Shown piece after piece: positions 23,865 through 37,081 of a DNA stretch of 64,000 nucleotides. Below the pieces are notes generated by a model. That model ran no database searches. It was given only the letters and a program-made list of their open reading frames with translations, and had not been told where the DNA came from. The stretch is taken from NCBI RefSeq assembly GCF_018350175.1, contig NC_058373.1, forward strand, positions 42,284,001 to 42,348,000, in the 5' to 3' direction. A program made the translations under genes and the position numbers. Position 1 is the stretch's first letter, and each line of letters begins with the position of its first letter. The DNA is from Felis catus (Eukaryota).

Positions 23865-24680
23865 ATGAAAGCATTTTCAAAAAGTGGTGCTAGGCAAACT
23901 TATCTGAAAAAAAAAAATTAAGTTAAATCATATTTCATACTATATACCACAGTAAAATTTACATGAAATTGAAAACTCTATTTTCACAATAAAAGCATAC
24001 GACAGTTAAGACTTATGCAATTTACCGGAGTCAGACTGGGAAAGGCCTAAGTAAAAACAATGCAAGAGAAGGTATCACAATAACATTTTACAATATAAAA
24101 AGTAAAAATATCGTTAAGTCACAAGATAGGCAATGAACTTTGAAAACTTATCTGCAGCATTACAAAAAGCTACTATCTACCAGAGAGATACTAGCTGGAG
24201 CTTAAAAAATAAATCCAGGTAATAAAATATCCTAATACAAAATGGTTAAAGCAGAGTGGCAGCTTTTTCACAGAACACAAATGTCAAGGTAATAAAAAGG
24301 TCCTCACTAGCACCTTCAAAATACACACCCAAAAAAGATACTCTCTATCATGTTAGCAGGGAGATGAACACCCACCATTTTGGCCAGAAATGTAATGAAA
24401 TACACATTTCTTTCCATAGGAGGTATAGCTTTTTTGGGCAGTCAATATGGTAATATTCTTTATGGGTCTTAAATACGGTCACACTGGTGAGACTGGTATT
24501 TTCAATTCTCAGAGTCTACTGAAAAGAAATAATTAGAGATAAGCACAAGTGTATTTATGTTTGAGCACATTCATCACTGCTTTATTTCAGGGGAATACAA
24601 AATAATGAAAGCTACAAACAAACACGCATATACACATAAAAGGCTGAAAAACATCCACCAAAATGTGAGTGAATTTCATT
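23865..24680 (+). mobile_element. Highly diverged L1ME-type ORF2/3' fragment
   Basis: A-rich, with residual L1 phrases (AAAAGTGGTGCTAGGCAAAC, ATCATATTTCATACTATATACC, TTCTCAGAGTCTACTGAAAAGAAATAATTAGAGAT). Confidence 0.65.
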
Positions 24681-24868
24681 GTCCTTCAATTCTGGCCAAG
24701 TGATATCTAGATTGCTGTGTTACAATATCCTACAATGTGTATCTACAGTGGACCGTCTTATAGCCAATTTAACCAACTTGCCAAATTGAAGTAGCTCTCC
24801 CGGGGGTATGCTACACCTACTATTGACTGGTAAGCCTACACAGAATGTTCTTAAATTTGTTTAAGCGG

Positions 24869-25074
24869 TTTTGTTTGTTTATTTATTTACTTTTGAGAGA
24901 CAGAGACAGAGAGTGAGCAGGGGAGGGGCTAAGAGAAAGGGAGAGAGAGGATCCCAAGGAGGCTCTGCGTCATCAGCACAGCGCCTGGCATGTGGTTCCA
25001 ACTCACAAACCATGAGATTATGACCTGAGCTTAAATCGAGAGTCGGACAATCAACTGAGCCACCCAGGCACCCC
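24869..25074 (-). mobile_element. CAN-SINE
   Basis: TTTG/TTTA tail, GA linker and head ending GAGCCACCCAGGCACCCC. Confidence 0.95.
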
Positions 25075-25639
25075 GTAAGTCCACGTTAACCTTAAGTCCA
25101 AATTTAAGTTCGCTTGTTTTAGGTTGAGCATGTTGTAGGATTTTACGATCCTCATTTTTAACTGACTTTTGATAAAAACGAACTGTTATCCTCATTAAAC
25201 TAATTTTGACAAACTGAACTTATTAAGTCTGATCACAACAAAAAGGTGGCTTCCTTCACATCCCTTTTGACAGTGGAGGAGGAAATGCTCTTTTCAGCAG
25301 CAAGGTGGAAGGGTGGTGAGGTGGAGAGAAGGAAAGGGAACACAGACAAAATCAGAAAGAGAGCCTATTTTAGAATTCTAAGCAGCAAAATCAAGCCTGC
25401 AGAAAAGTTTAGAACATTTAGATGCTGTAATGGCTAATTAGAAGGACAGTGCAGTAATGCACATGCTTCTATCTGTCACAGAGGATTTGATCAAAACTCA
25501 TAAAAGTGGGCACAGTGTTCGAAAAATTCTAATAAGGCACTATAAATTCCAAGGGAAAACTAAACAGCTTATAAACAATTGAGCAAATGTTTTTTAAGCT
25601 AGCTGATGAATGTCATACCATTGCAAAACAAATGTTTTT

Positions 25640-26710
25640 AAAAATTGGGCCCATGGTATGCAGTAACTAATATATTGAAAATAAAATACACATACTTAAA
25701 GGATATGAATTTTTACGTATACCTGTGAGATGATCAGGACTATCAAGCTAAAGAACATACCCATTACTCCCCCAAAGTTTTCCTGTACCCCCTGGAAAGC
25801 CCTCACTGCGAAATGTCATTTTCCACAGTCCTCAGGCAACCAGGGATCTGCTTCCCGTCACCATACATTAGTTTGTGGTTTCTAGACTCTTATGTGAAAG
25901 AATCATGTAGCATGTACTTTTTTGGTCTGGCTTCATTCAAGTGGCATTATTTTGAGAGCCACCCATGTTGCTACACACACCATTAGTTCGTTTCTTTTTA
26001 CCGTGAAGTCGTATTCTCTTGAATGGACATAGCACACTTTACTGATCCTCAAATGGACACCTCACGTTTCCAATTTGGGACTATTATCAATAAAGCTCAT
26101 AGTAACAGGTGCATGTGTCCACTGTCCTGCCTCTGGCCTCCACATACAAGTCATTTTAAGGACATAGCTTACATTTCTCTTGGGTAAATACCAAAGGGTA
26201 GAAGGTCTGTGACACAGGATAGGTGGTAGGTTTATTCAAAAAGTGGTACTGGGCAAATTGTTTATCCGGAAAAAAAAAAAAAAGTTCTATCATACCACAT
26301 ACCATCAAATCTATGACGATATTTTTTCAATTAAGAGAGTTTGATTTTTAAAAAAAATTTTTTTTAATGTTTGTTTATTTTTTGAGAGAGAGATTTATGG
26401 GGTATGAGCAGGGGAGGGGCAGAGAGAGAGAAAGAAGACGACACAGAATCTGGAGCAGGCTCCAGGCTCTGAGCTGTCAGCACAGAGCCCGACGCGGGGC
26501 TCAAACCCATGAACCGTGAGATCATGACCTAAGCTCAAGTCAGATGCTCAACCGACTGAGCCACTCAGGCACTCCAAGAGAGTTTGATTTTTTAATTAAA
26601 GCATAGGTAGGACACAAATAACTGAAGAAAACGTCCAACCATTTTCCAAAAGTATTGTACCATTTTACATTCTTGCCAGCCATGTCTGAGCTCCATTTGC
26701 TCCACGTCAA
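25640..26710 (-). mobile_element. L1MB-type 3' end, interrupted
   Basis: Antisense L1MB phrases: CCTCAGGCAACCAGGGATCTGCTTCC, TTTTTGGTCTGGCTTCATTC, TTCCAATTTGGGACTATTATCAATAAAGCT, CATTTCTCTTGGGTAAATACC, TTTTCCAAAAGTATTGTACCATTTTACATTC. Confidence 0.85.
26350..26575 (-). mobile_element. SINEC_Fc-type CAN-SINE
   Basis: Perfect 17-bp TSD AAGAGAGTTTGATTTTT at 26333-26349 and 26576-26592. Confidence 0.97.
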
Positions 26711-26911
26711 CTACAAGTAGCTTTGTAGGACACAGGACCACTTGTCCATGCCACACTTTGCATATATAGCTTTGCTTACTTTAAAGGAACCAGAGTGTAA
26801 GTTGACCATTATAAATATTTATTGAAGGTGGAATGTTAATTTCTGCCCTTATCGTGTAGCACAACTTATATGGAAAGGCACCAAAGTATGTTCATAAAAA
26901 CAATGATATAC

Positions 26912-27155
26912 ATTCACTGACATGCTTATATGGCCTACCATATTCTTAATGTTATGTATTCCCTCTTATATATATCTTACAACAACCCTGTGAAGGTAAG
27001 TACTACAACAAAACCATTAAACGCACTTTATATGTGAATAAACTGAGGGAAAGAGACAACAAAGTATGACCCATGGTCATGGAACTAATGAGTGACATAT
27101 AGAGCCAGGACGTGAACTCCAAAGCCTGAGCCCTGAGCTTTGGTTCTTTACTATT
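26912..27155 (-). mobile_element. MIR
   Basis: TCTTACAACAACCCTGTGAAGGTAAGTACT...TTTATATGTGAATAAACTGAGG...GAGCCAGGACGTGAACTCCAAAGCC matches the antisense MIR core. Confidence 0.8.
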
Positions 27156-28204
27156 ACTTACAGCCCCTGCGACCATCTACACATTTTTGAATGCTGGTCA
27201 TTTATCTCCCAAAGCAGCACACTTCTTTCCAGTTCTACCTCAGGCAAATGATTTCAAATCTCCAAGAAGGAGATTGGGTAATAAGCCTAGAATATCATTT
27301 TGAGCTAAGGAGTCAAATCCAATGCTGGATCCTCACAACACCAACATTTCCATGTAATAGAAAATCGTCCCAGCATGACAGAAGAGATATTGATAAAAAA
27401 AAAAAAAAAAAAAATCAACCCAGTAGATAGCACCTATTCAGTGTATTTAAGTCAGTCCAAAAGAGTGAGAAGACATTTCAAAGAGCATGCTTATTTTTAA
27501 TAAAGTGCTTTTCCATTGGAAGATGAGGGAAAAAAGTCTCACGGGCAGGCAGACTGCCGCGGTTTTCCAAAACCCAAACCAGTTGCTCAAAGTCCTTCCC
27601 ATGAAGATCCAGGGCTGGAAGATAAAACACCCTGCTGACCTGGCTAAGAACTTCTTGGCATTTGTTGCCGTCATGCTCAAGGGTAAAAACAGACGGCAAT
27701 TATGCAGCCACTTCTTCATTTAAAGAGAGCCTGAGAGTCCACCGGGGACCAAGGGCAGCACTTGTGTCAGGGAGAAAACCTGGGAAAAAACACTTCCTAG
27801 TAGCAGCAGACCACGGCATCGACCACATCATAGAGAGTATTGATTCATCATCACAAAAAGAAGGAAGGTTGGAAAAAATAACCAGCATCTCCCAGCTCTC
27901 TGATAAAAGGGAAGCAAATTACTCTACTAGCAAGACGAGGCCGGGTAGAGAGGTGTGCGCATGAAGGAGGACTGTTCAATGACCAATCAAAAGACAGCTA
28001 CTGTCTACCAGGTGCAGAATATTGCGGCACGTGAGACGGGGTAGGTGCATGGCACGGCTGTGGTCAGATACCCGCACTACGCACGAGAACAGACCTCTAC
28101 TACAATTCTGAGCTCATCAAGTGAGAGGAAGGGTCTACACTGTGAAAAAGATGACCTACCCCAGTGACAGATCAATAATGATCCACCACCAACATCTTTG
28201 CCAA

Positions 28205-28415
28205 CACTGATTAAGTACAGCCATGGTGCCAAGTCCTTCCAAAACAATGCCTCATTTAATCCTCCCCAAAATCATGTGAGGCAGTCATTGCTCATCTCCA
28301 TTTCACTGATTAGTAAGTTGATTGGGGTAAGGCCCACGACTCACTCCTGACCACACAGCCAGTAAGTGGTACAACTGGAAATCCAAAGCTTCTTTCTTCA
28401 ACTCCAAAGCGGACG
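28205..28415 (-). mobile_element. MIR
   Basis: CTCATTTAATCCTCCCCAAAATCATGTGAGGCAG...CTCCATTTCACTGAT...CCACACAGCCAGTAAGTGGT. Confidence 0.75.
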
Positions 28416-29138
28416 CTAGGCACGAAGTTACACAAACTCTCCCAAGCCATCAGACGCTCATTCAAGAATGCTCCCTCTGGTTTGAGAGAGCATGGAAGGG
28501 TCCCACAGGGAATAAGGGGATGAGCTTCCTGAGAAACTCAAGGGAAAGAGTCAAGAAAATTACAAGACAAGGAAAGGCTTTGAAAGGCTGGGCAACCGCT
28601 TGGCGAGATGTGGTCAAACAATGTCACCAATGCGCACCATTTGCTTCATACTGCGAAGCCTTAGTGATACAGTAACGAGCAACTAACGCAGTCCCCACCC
28701 TCCAGGGACTCTGTTCGTGGATGGAGGCAGAGACCTCCAAGTGTCTTGACAGAGTGAGCCTACAAGGCAGGATGTAATCCTGGGGCTCCGGCATGACCTA
28801 CGATCGGTGGCATGGCGCTGCCCGAGGTCAATAGTATCAAGTCACTTTTCAATTCCGGCACCACTCATCAGCTTTAAAAGGGTTGGGTTTTTTTTTCTTC
28901 CTCAAATTTTTGATGATCCTTGGATTATATCTAATTATGGGATGAAAAGGAGGCTTCATCAATATTTTAATATCTGCCTATCTTAAATTGGAATATAGAA
29001 TATGAATGAGATAATAAGATATAATTACCTCCATTCCCTTCCTTGCCCCCCCCCCCACCAACCTTTCCCCTCCAGAAGAAATCAGCTTTCAAGTCATTAT
29101 GTGGGAAAGAGGTGTCAAGCAAGGTGTGTGTGGGGGGC

Positions 29139-29158
29139 GGGGGGGGGGGGGGGGGGGG
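29139..29158. repeat. Poly(G)20
   Basis: 20 consecutive G counted. Confidence 0.95.
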
Positions 29159-29204
29159 AGGTGCCATGGTGGCCTAGAACAGAGAAAAACTACAAGAGAC
29201 TCCA

Positions 29205-30990
29205 TGGTGTTACATTGGAATTTAAAATACTGGTGTGAATTCATGGTTTTCAAGACAGATAGATGAAAAGAACCACCTGCACACACGCAGAGATACACAG
29301 AGAACAGCTGTGTGGGCTTAGCAGTGATGTGTGCACGCAAAGATAGATACACAGTTAATCCCCACTATTCGCAGATTCTGTATTTGCAAATTCACCTCCC
29401 TGCTAAAATTTATCGGCAATCCCAACAGCACTTTCCTCGATATTTGTGGACACAAGCCAAGTGGCAAAATGGAGTCATCTAACGTACACACTCCAGCTGA
29501 GGTCCAACAAGAGGATGTTCTGCCTTTTGGTTTCAGCACTCAGACTAAACAAGCATCATTTTTGTGGTTGATATAGGGTCAAGATATTTGCATTTTCATG
29601 TTTTTGTTGATGATTTAGCTGTTTAAATTGGCCCAAGTGTGGTGGAACACGGTCGAGTGTTCCTAGGCCCAGGAAGACTGCGATGTGCCTTACGGAGGGA
29701 ATGAGTAGGTTAGATAAACTGCAATCGGGCCTGAGGGCTGTTGGCCACTGAGTTCAATGTGAGTGATTCAACATATATTAAATATGGCTTATTTAAATAG
29801 AAACACACATAAAACAAGGTAATGTATTGATCAGCTAAAAAAAAATGTTGTGACCAGAGACTGGCAAGAACCTGACCCTGTATTTCCCCCAAGGAGCAAT
29901 GGTTCAACGTTCACTAATTCAGTATTTCCTCAGACAATGTAGACTGTAACTGCTGTGAATAACAACAATCTTATGTATTCCCTAGCTCTGTCCACTGAGA
30001 AGGCCTGGGACGGAGGATAGCCCAATATCAAAGCACACACCAGGGCCAAGATCTTGGCTTCAAATTACCTCTCTCTAATGCAAGCTACCAGGGCTCCACA
30101 GAGAAAGAACTGATTGTAGGGATGAGCTAAGGGAAGTTTTAAGATAAACACTGCACATCTTATTAAATAAAGAATTGCTCAAAGAATGATGGAGATGTGT
30201 CACAAGGACACAGAAACCAGTTTGAAAGGGCTCCCACTGGCCGAATCAAGAACAATTTAAACACCAAAATGATAGTAACAGACCTACCTTAAGAAATGCA
30301 ATATGAAAACGTGAGTCCATACCAACATCAATCAATGAATCAATAAACATTTGAGGAGAAATGAGATAGCTCCCGAGTTAGCTCCAAAGTACTTCCCTAC
30401 AAAATAGTTATTCATGAGAACAAGGGGAGAAAACCTTTTCAGAGGCAAAACCTGGCCAACAGCACATCAAACGTGGGATGACAGGAGCATCATCAATACT
30501 GAGACACATCTGGATTGTGCACCACAGGACAGGATGCAAAAACCACAGAGCATCATTTCTGTGATATTCATGCCCAAGATGCAACCCATGAATTTAACCA
30601 TGAGGCAAGACACAACCTAAATGGAGGGATACACTACAAAATACCTGGCCTTTATCTTCAAAAGGGTCTCAATCATCAAAGTCCAGCAAAGATTCACAGA
30701 CTGTCCCGACTAAGGAAGACAAAAGGTATGTGACAAGTAACTGCCACAAATGATTCTGAACATGATCCTCCTGCTTTAAAGGATGTGCAAGGGACATGTG
30801 ACACAATAGCATCTGAGGATTACGTGGTAGCAGTTTAGACGATTGCACTGGGGCTAGGTTCAAGGAGGTCCTTTTACAGTAAAAGTAATTGGAGGTGATC
30901 ATGCATTAGGGCATCAGATGGTTCAAGGAATCATTCTTTGGGCTGTACTTCCAGCATTTCTGGAACCGTGTGAGTCTTTAAACATTTTTC
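29205..30990 (+). mobile_element. L1MC3/L1MD-type 3'UTR fragment split by MER82
   Basis: TATTCCCTAGCTCTGTCCACTGAGAAGGCCT, TTTGAAAGGGCTCCCACTGGCC, CATCATTTCTGTGATATTCATGCC. The host resumes at 29976 after MER82. Confidence 0.8.
29352..29975 (-). mobile_element. MER82 (TcMar-Tigger non-autonomous DNA transposon)
   Basis: Near full length. CAGTTAATCCCCACTATTCGCAGATTCTGTATTTGCAAATTC at one end and AAATGTTGTGACCAGAGACTGGCAAGAACCTGACCCTGTATTTCCCCCAAGGAGCAATGGTTCA toward the other. TA flank on the right. Confidence 0.9.
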
Positions 30991-31001
30991 TGAGTATTGG
31001 C

Positions 31002-31021
31002 GGGGGGGGGGGGGGGGGGGG
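31002..31021. repeat. Poly(G)20
   Basis: 20 consecutive G counted. Confidence 0.95.
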
Positions 31022-31129
31022 AGATGTGTAACAGAACAATAAGCACAGCAAGAATGAAGGACACAAGGGGCATCCCTCTATACTAAACTCTTCATCTGTC
31101 CCTAGAGCAGATGCCGTCACCACAAGCCC

Positions 31130-32135
31130 ACAAACCCTGCAGACTTACTGCACCGGCCCAGCCTATCCCACATAGCCACCGTTCCTGCAAGAGTGCTCTC
31201 CACGGACAGACCTTGAATACTCACCCTATTCCTCATCTGGCTTCTGTTGAGCACTGCCAAGGGTATTCAGGCCCTCCCTCTCCAGTCCTTACCTGTGTGG
31301 ACAGCAGTGGACACCAGCAGCCACTCCAGCAGATTCTCCCATTCTGTCTGACCTACTCCTGTTCAGTCTCCCCCATCATCTCTCTTCCTCGCTTAAACCT
31401 CATGGTCCAAAAGTTCTTTCCCAGCCCCTCTTCTGTACACCCTTGCGTGGTGGATCTCATCTGCTCTCACGACTTGCATCCATCAGCTCTGCAGATCTGT
31501 CCTCTGCCCTCCTTATCCAAGTCTAGTTGTATCTTCAAGCCCTTTCATAAGCTTATCATCTTCTTTGAAAATAAACTCATCACTTCTTCCGTGCTGCCAT
31601 TGCTCTCAAACTAGCTCCCCTCCCTCCTGCAGTCCTGATTTCAGGGGAACCGGCATCCACCCAACGGCCAAAGCCAGAAAAGAGACACTTAGCCTTGACC
31701 TGAGCCTCTCCTGCGCTCTCACATCCAACCACCCAAGTCTTGACTACGACCTCCTAAGACTCTCTCAAATTGGTTTTCTTGTAGGATGCCATCATTCCTG
31801 CCCAAATTACAACAGCTTCCCACTGAGCTCCCCACTTGTACTCTTACTACCCTTGAATACACACTCCGCATCTCACTCAGTGGCCTTCCTAAAGGTTTCA
31901 GACTAGATCCTCCTCAGCCTTAACCATTTAAAGGATTCTGACTGCTCTTAGGAAAAAGTCTACACTAGATATCTACACTACATATTACAAGACCTACTTT
32001 CAACTCTATCTTAAACCCTCTGTACCAACTAAACTATAGTATTTCCCATCTCTATCTTGCTAGCAACAATGCCCTAAGATCCAGCAGAATGTCTGGCATT
32101 TTGTAGATGTTCAATAAATGTTTGATGAAGGAATC
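31130..32135 (+). mobile_element. L2 fragment including the 3' end
   Basis: C/T-rich L2 body (GGATCTCATCTGCTCTCACGACTT, CAAAGCCAGAAA, AATTACAACAGCTTCCCACTGAGCTCCC) ending GTCTGGCATTTTGTAGATGTTCAATAAATGTTTGATGAAGGAAT. Confidence 0.8.
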
Positions 32136-33324
32136 TATTAGATGGGGAGGGAGGACAGGCCAACCTAATTTTTAACACAAATACCAACCTTCAAATATAT
32201 ACAAGTATTAAACAGGTCACTCAAATCCTGGGCGAGCGTTTAACAAAAATGTCACATAGGGTTTGCACAAAATTATAAGCAGGTCAAGGTCCTTGAGGTT
32301 AGACGTTAAAGAGCAAGAAGACAGACATTCTTCCTCACAGTCATTCAGGGAGGGGTTCTTGGTGTGATGTGTCACACCAGGACCCAATTCCACTTTACTC
32401 AATTCCACACAGTAAATGTGAGGCCCAGTGTCTATGGGGTGCTGACAGTAAACTCAGAAAGAGTGGAGCAGTGGGCCTACCCAGGGACAGGGAGACACAT
32501 ATGCACACACAAGCACACACGTGTGCACAGGGCCCAGAGAGAGTCAGGATGGCTTCACCAAGGGGTCAAATAAACCCAAAGGAAAGAAGACCAAATTACA
32601 GATAAAAATCAAATGACAAACACTATGGAAACTCACTTGGCACATGACGGTGTGGAAGGCTGTTTCTGAACCTTTTATTATTCCTTATGTTTTCCTAAAA
32701 CTCTACTAAGCTATGGCCATTCTGGAGGCTTGTTGAAGAAGAGAGGCCTATATGCTCCCAACTACTGCAACTGGCTTCACATTAGGGACTGCGGGGGAGT
32801 CCAAGGAGAGATGGAGTGAAGAAAAAACATGCAGAGGCAACGGAATTAAGGCCACTTCAGTGTAAAACCATCACTGAAATGGCATCAGTAATCTAATTAA
32901 GAAGGAGGAGTCACGCAGGCAGGCCACCATCAACCTTTCAAATCTCAGGAGGAGCTCCAGATGTCTGAATGACAAATAAAAAGCTACCATGACTTCTGTG
33001 ACCCCATGATGGCTCTGATGCCTATTAAGCACTAAGAGAGATCTTTTCCACGTAGGAAAGAGTCTTGAGAGAAATCCAAGGGTGCTTGAAGGGCAAGAAA
33101 AAGCCTTCAAATACAAAAAAGAAAAGCAACATCCGCAACATCCAAGGGACCCATGACCAAGGATGAGCAAATTACTACTGTGCAGACACAGCAGCAGCAT
33201 AACCACACGGAAAATTCATCAGGAGATAAGAAAAAGGCAGAGGGCAGTCCAATCAGTGACAGGGATGCCTCCACACTGACAGCCACAGCCCAGCATGAAC
33301 ATTGGCCATGGCAGGCTTGTGCTG

Positions 33325-33470
33325 AACATTATTATTAATTCCATTCTCAACAGAAGACATAGGTACAGAAAACTAAGTTTTATCAATATTTTTAATTCTA
33401 GTAGGTGGTGGAATTAAGATTTGTACCCAGGTCTGCCCAACTTCAAAATCAACGACCTCCTGCCTGAAGT
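33325..33470 (-). mobile_element. MIR fragment
   Basis: ATTATTATTAATTCCATTCTCAACAGAAGAC...GGTGGAATTAAGATTTGTACCCAGGTCTGCCCAACTTCAAA. Confidence 0.7.
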
Positions 33471-34681
33471 ACTCCATCTACTCATTCCCTTGGGCATGAC
33501 TGTTCCTAACCATATGAAAAAGGGGGTGCCCAAGTAAACACTCATAGAAGAATGTGATAGTGAGGAAGTCAGAAGGCAACACCGTGGTGAACAAAAGCCT
33601 TACCATTGTCCTTCCACTTGGGTTAGCACAACGAATGCTCAAGTAATGAACGATCAACACGGTATTTTGACCAACCATCCTTCGTGGAGAAAATATGTTC
33701 TCTAGGCCTGGATTCCACCATCCCTGAAGTTTTTACTATTAATCTACAGGAGTTCCTTTCCTAGTATTCCAATAATTCCAACCCCAAAAAAGATTTTCTT
33801 GAAATGGTAAATGTTTCCTTACTGAGTTCTCTATGCTATCAGTAACACTATTAACTAATACAGGTTAACTAACCACACAAGTGGCAAGGTGACACATTAC
33901 ACCATTTATTAGCCTCATTTGTAAGTCTATCAAAACGTATCCTGTGTGTCCAAGGAAGGGAGATTCTGACATACCATCCCTCAAAGGCCTACCTGTGGCA
34001 GCATGCATCTCTCAAGCGGCATTTCCTGAAAATGAAGACTGAGGCAATTCAGGGGATTGGCTCACTCAAAGCAGGGAGAGGCTGGACAGCCCAACACTGC
34101 ATACTGCCCAGCTTCCTTTGCAGCTCTGGAGTCCAATGTGACAGACTCTCTCCACAAATGAGATGGGCTCACAGGCAACTTTGGTTTGGAACTGAGTCTT
34201 GGGGAAAGAGGCAGGGTGTTAGGGCATTCACAAAACGCAAGGTCTCTTGGCAGAGAAGGCATAGGGAAGGAGCCAGCATCTCAAATACTGGGTTCCTAAT
34301 TCGACAGCTTCCCACAGCCTTGGCAGTTTTCCTAGTTCTGGTAGGAGAAAATGGTTCTGGGGGTGTGGGGGTATCCTAGAGGCTTTACCTAGAGCCAATT
34401 CCACCTCCACACCTTCCAAGGATTCTGGAAGCACTCATCCTCTGCATTAAATCTACTTTGGCTTTAACTCCCTCAAGTAGACTCTGTGTCTAGTACAGGA
34501 TATGTGAGCAGTAACAAGAAGCTCATCACTTTCTCTAGTTTATTAAATTCATAAAATATTAGGCATAAAATACTGAGCCACAAAGGATCAAGAAACAAAC
34601 TCAATTTATTTTAATTATACTTTGCCATAATATCATTTGGGCTAGGGTAATTCCTATAAACCATAGCATCACACAATTTTA

Positions 34682-34840
34682 NNNNNNNNNNNNNNNNNNN
34701 NNNNNNNNNNNNNNNNNNNNNNNNNNNNNNNNNNNNNNNNNNNNNNNNNNNNNNNNNNNNNNNNNNNNNNNNNNNNNNNNNNNNNNNNNNNNNNNNNNNN
34801 NNNNNNNNNNNNNNNNNNNNNNNNNNNNNNNNNNNNNNNN
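34682..34840. other. Assembly gap (159 N)
   Basis: Run of N seen directly. Confidence 1.
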
Positions 34841-35378
34841 TATATCGTCTTTGATTTTCCTCCCACAAACAAAATACTGTTTTCTCAACAGTCAGCTGCA
34901 AATGTCGCAGGAAAACGAGAGGCACAAGGCAGCTGACACAACAGGATCACTGGTGAATGGGCTCAGTATTGGGTTTCTTGATGGGGTGAGGGTGGGAAAC
35001 AGAGGCAGGAATGAGATGACTCTGCCCTCACCCTCACACAATGTGCAATGAGGATTATGGCTCTCTCTTTGTATATAACAGATGGAAGATTAAAGAGTAC
35101 CAATTTTATACATAAAGCAAATTCCCTATCAAACAATATAATGAGGTCCATGCTTCTCAATAATTCTCTCATCTCAGGTAATACAAAAAGAAGAAACCCA
35201 TTCCCTCTCCCACTGACACCTTCCAATTATATCCACATGGAGACCATCAACAGCCAGCCTCCTGAACAGCCTGGGCTCCTCCCCTCTGATGGAGTCCTCT
35301 TTGATCCAATGTCCATAATCGTTTTGAGGAGGTCCTTCCTGGGCTCAAGAACTTTCTACGGCTCCCAAATGCCCAGAT

Positions 35379-35665
35379 CAGAGGTTGGCAAACTATGGGC
35401 AACAAGCCAAGAATGACTCTTGCATTTTTAAACGGTTGGGGGAGAAAAATCCAAAAGAATCCTATTTCATAATACATGATAACTATGAAATCCAAAGTTC
35501 AGTGACCAACTCTACTTTGATTGGAACACAGCCACGCTTATTTATTTATGAATTATCTATGGCTGCTTTTTGTACTCCGACACCGACTTTAGAAGCTGCA
35601 ACAGAGATGGTAGCTCAAAATATTTACAGCCTGGGTTCTTTGCTGGGAAAGATTGCCAACTCCTG
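35379..35665 (+). mobile_element. MER58B-like hAT-Charlie DNA transposon
   Basis: TIRs CAGAGGTTGGCAAAC and GATTGCCAACTCCTG. Internal TTGGAACACAGCCACGC...TATCTATGGCTGCTTTT. Confidence 0.9.
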
Positions 35666-36238
35666 CCCTGAAGTGTAACACTGAATGACTTTGGCCAGGC
35701 AACACTGGTGGTGAAAACCTGGATTCCACTACACTTCCTAAGCCTGATTTCTTCTACTTGAAGACAGAATGTCTATTCCGCCCAAAAGCGCTTCTCTATT
35801 TCTCCCAGACCTAACTTCCCTTTCTCGTTCCAGAGTTTGCTTCATCCCACCAGCTTGCAGACATCCTTCTCTCTCTTCATAAAAGGAGTCACATTATATA
35901 CACAGTTAACTTCCATAAAGTTAGAAAAGAAAAATAATTTTAAGGGTGCCCGAGGCCATTCCACACAGCACTATTCTTAATAGTGAAAGATGAAAAACCA
36001 CACACGCCCACCAACAGGGCAGGCTGAGAAAGTAAGAGCAAACTCACACACTGGAGGACTGGGCAGCTGTGCAAATGTGTGTGGATTATCTCTGTGCACT
36101 ACTCTGACCAAGAGCCAGGATAAATTAAGCGAAAAAGGTAGATAAAATATGTACAGTATACTACTGTGTACTGAAAAAGGGAGGGATATGTAAATATGAA
36201 AGCACACACATAATTGCTAGTATAAAAAAAAATTGCAC

Positions 36239-36420
36239 GGGGGCGCTGGGTGGCTCAGTTGGCTAAGCGTCCAACTTCAGCTCAGGTCATGATGTTGCAG
36301 TTTGCGAGTTCAAGCCCCACCCTGGGTTCCATGCTGACAGCGCGGAGCCTGCTCGAGGTTCTCTCCCCCTCTCTCTGCCCATCCTGTCCTCTCTTTCTCC
36401 AAATAAACTTAAATAAAGAA
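36239..36420 (+). mobile_element. CAN-SINE (older, shorter)
   Basis: GGGGGCGCTGGGTGGCTCAGTTGGCTAAGCGTCCAACTTCAGCTCAGGTCATGAT... followed by CTCCAAATAAACTTAAA. Confidence 0.92.
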
Positions 36421-36860
36421 GAAGATAGCGCAAAGACAAACCGTATTTTTTTCAAATGGCACATATGGGGAGGGAGGAAACAGGACAGCAAGGCAAAAAG
36501 GGTAAAATCAAACCCCTCTGAATATTCCTCATGTTGTAGATGAGACTTGGAAACCATGAAAATATTGCACAAAATTCAATTGAAAAGGGAATCTCCCCAA
36601 ACCAGAAATGAAATCAAACAATGAACTTAACTATATATACAGCTGGTGGCACAATCACACAGGTAAGAACTATTCCAAACATCTTTACAACTGAGTCTGT
36701 TGTGTATGACATATCATGAGATACAGCAAATGAAAAAATATGGGATCACTGAGACCTGGGTGAGGGTGGGGGGGGTGTGGTGGTGAAGAAAGAACATAGA
36801 TATAAAAGTGATCAAGTAGAACCCTCTATACTTCAATTTTGCTTAGAAGTATCTATACGA

Positions 36861-37081
36861 GGGGCGCCTGGGTGGCTCAGTCGGTTAAGCAGCCGACTTC
36901 GGCTCAGGTCATGATCTCGCGGTCCGTGAGTTTGAGCCCCACGTCGGACTCTGTGCTGACAGCTCAGAGCCTGGAGCCTGTTTCAGATTCTGTGTCTCCC
37001 TCTCTCTGACCCTCCCCCGTTCATGCTCTGTCTCTCTCTGTCTCAAAAATAAATAAACGTTAAAAAAATTAAAAAAAAAAA
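36861..37081 (+). mobile_element. Young SINEC_Fc-type CAN-SINE
   Basis: Near-consensus body with CpGs retained. Perfect 16-bp TSD AGAAGTATCTATACGA at 36845-36860 and 37082-37097. Confidence 0.98.

Noticed and set aside
31111-31906. 167-aa and 113-aa ORFs
   Set aside because: They lie within a decayed L2 element.
36861-36940. tRNA-like heads with A and B boxes (here and in all CAN-SINEs)
   Set aside because: These are tRNA-derived SINE heads followed by a CT linker, A tail and TSD, not tRNA genes.
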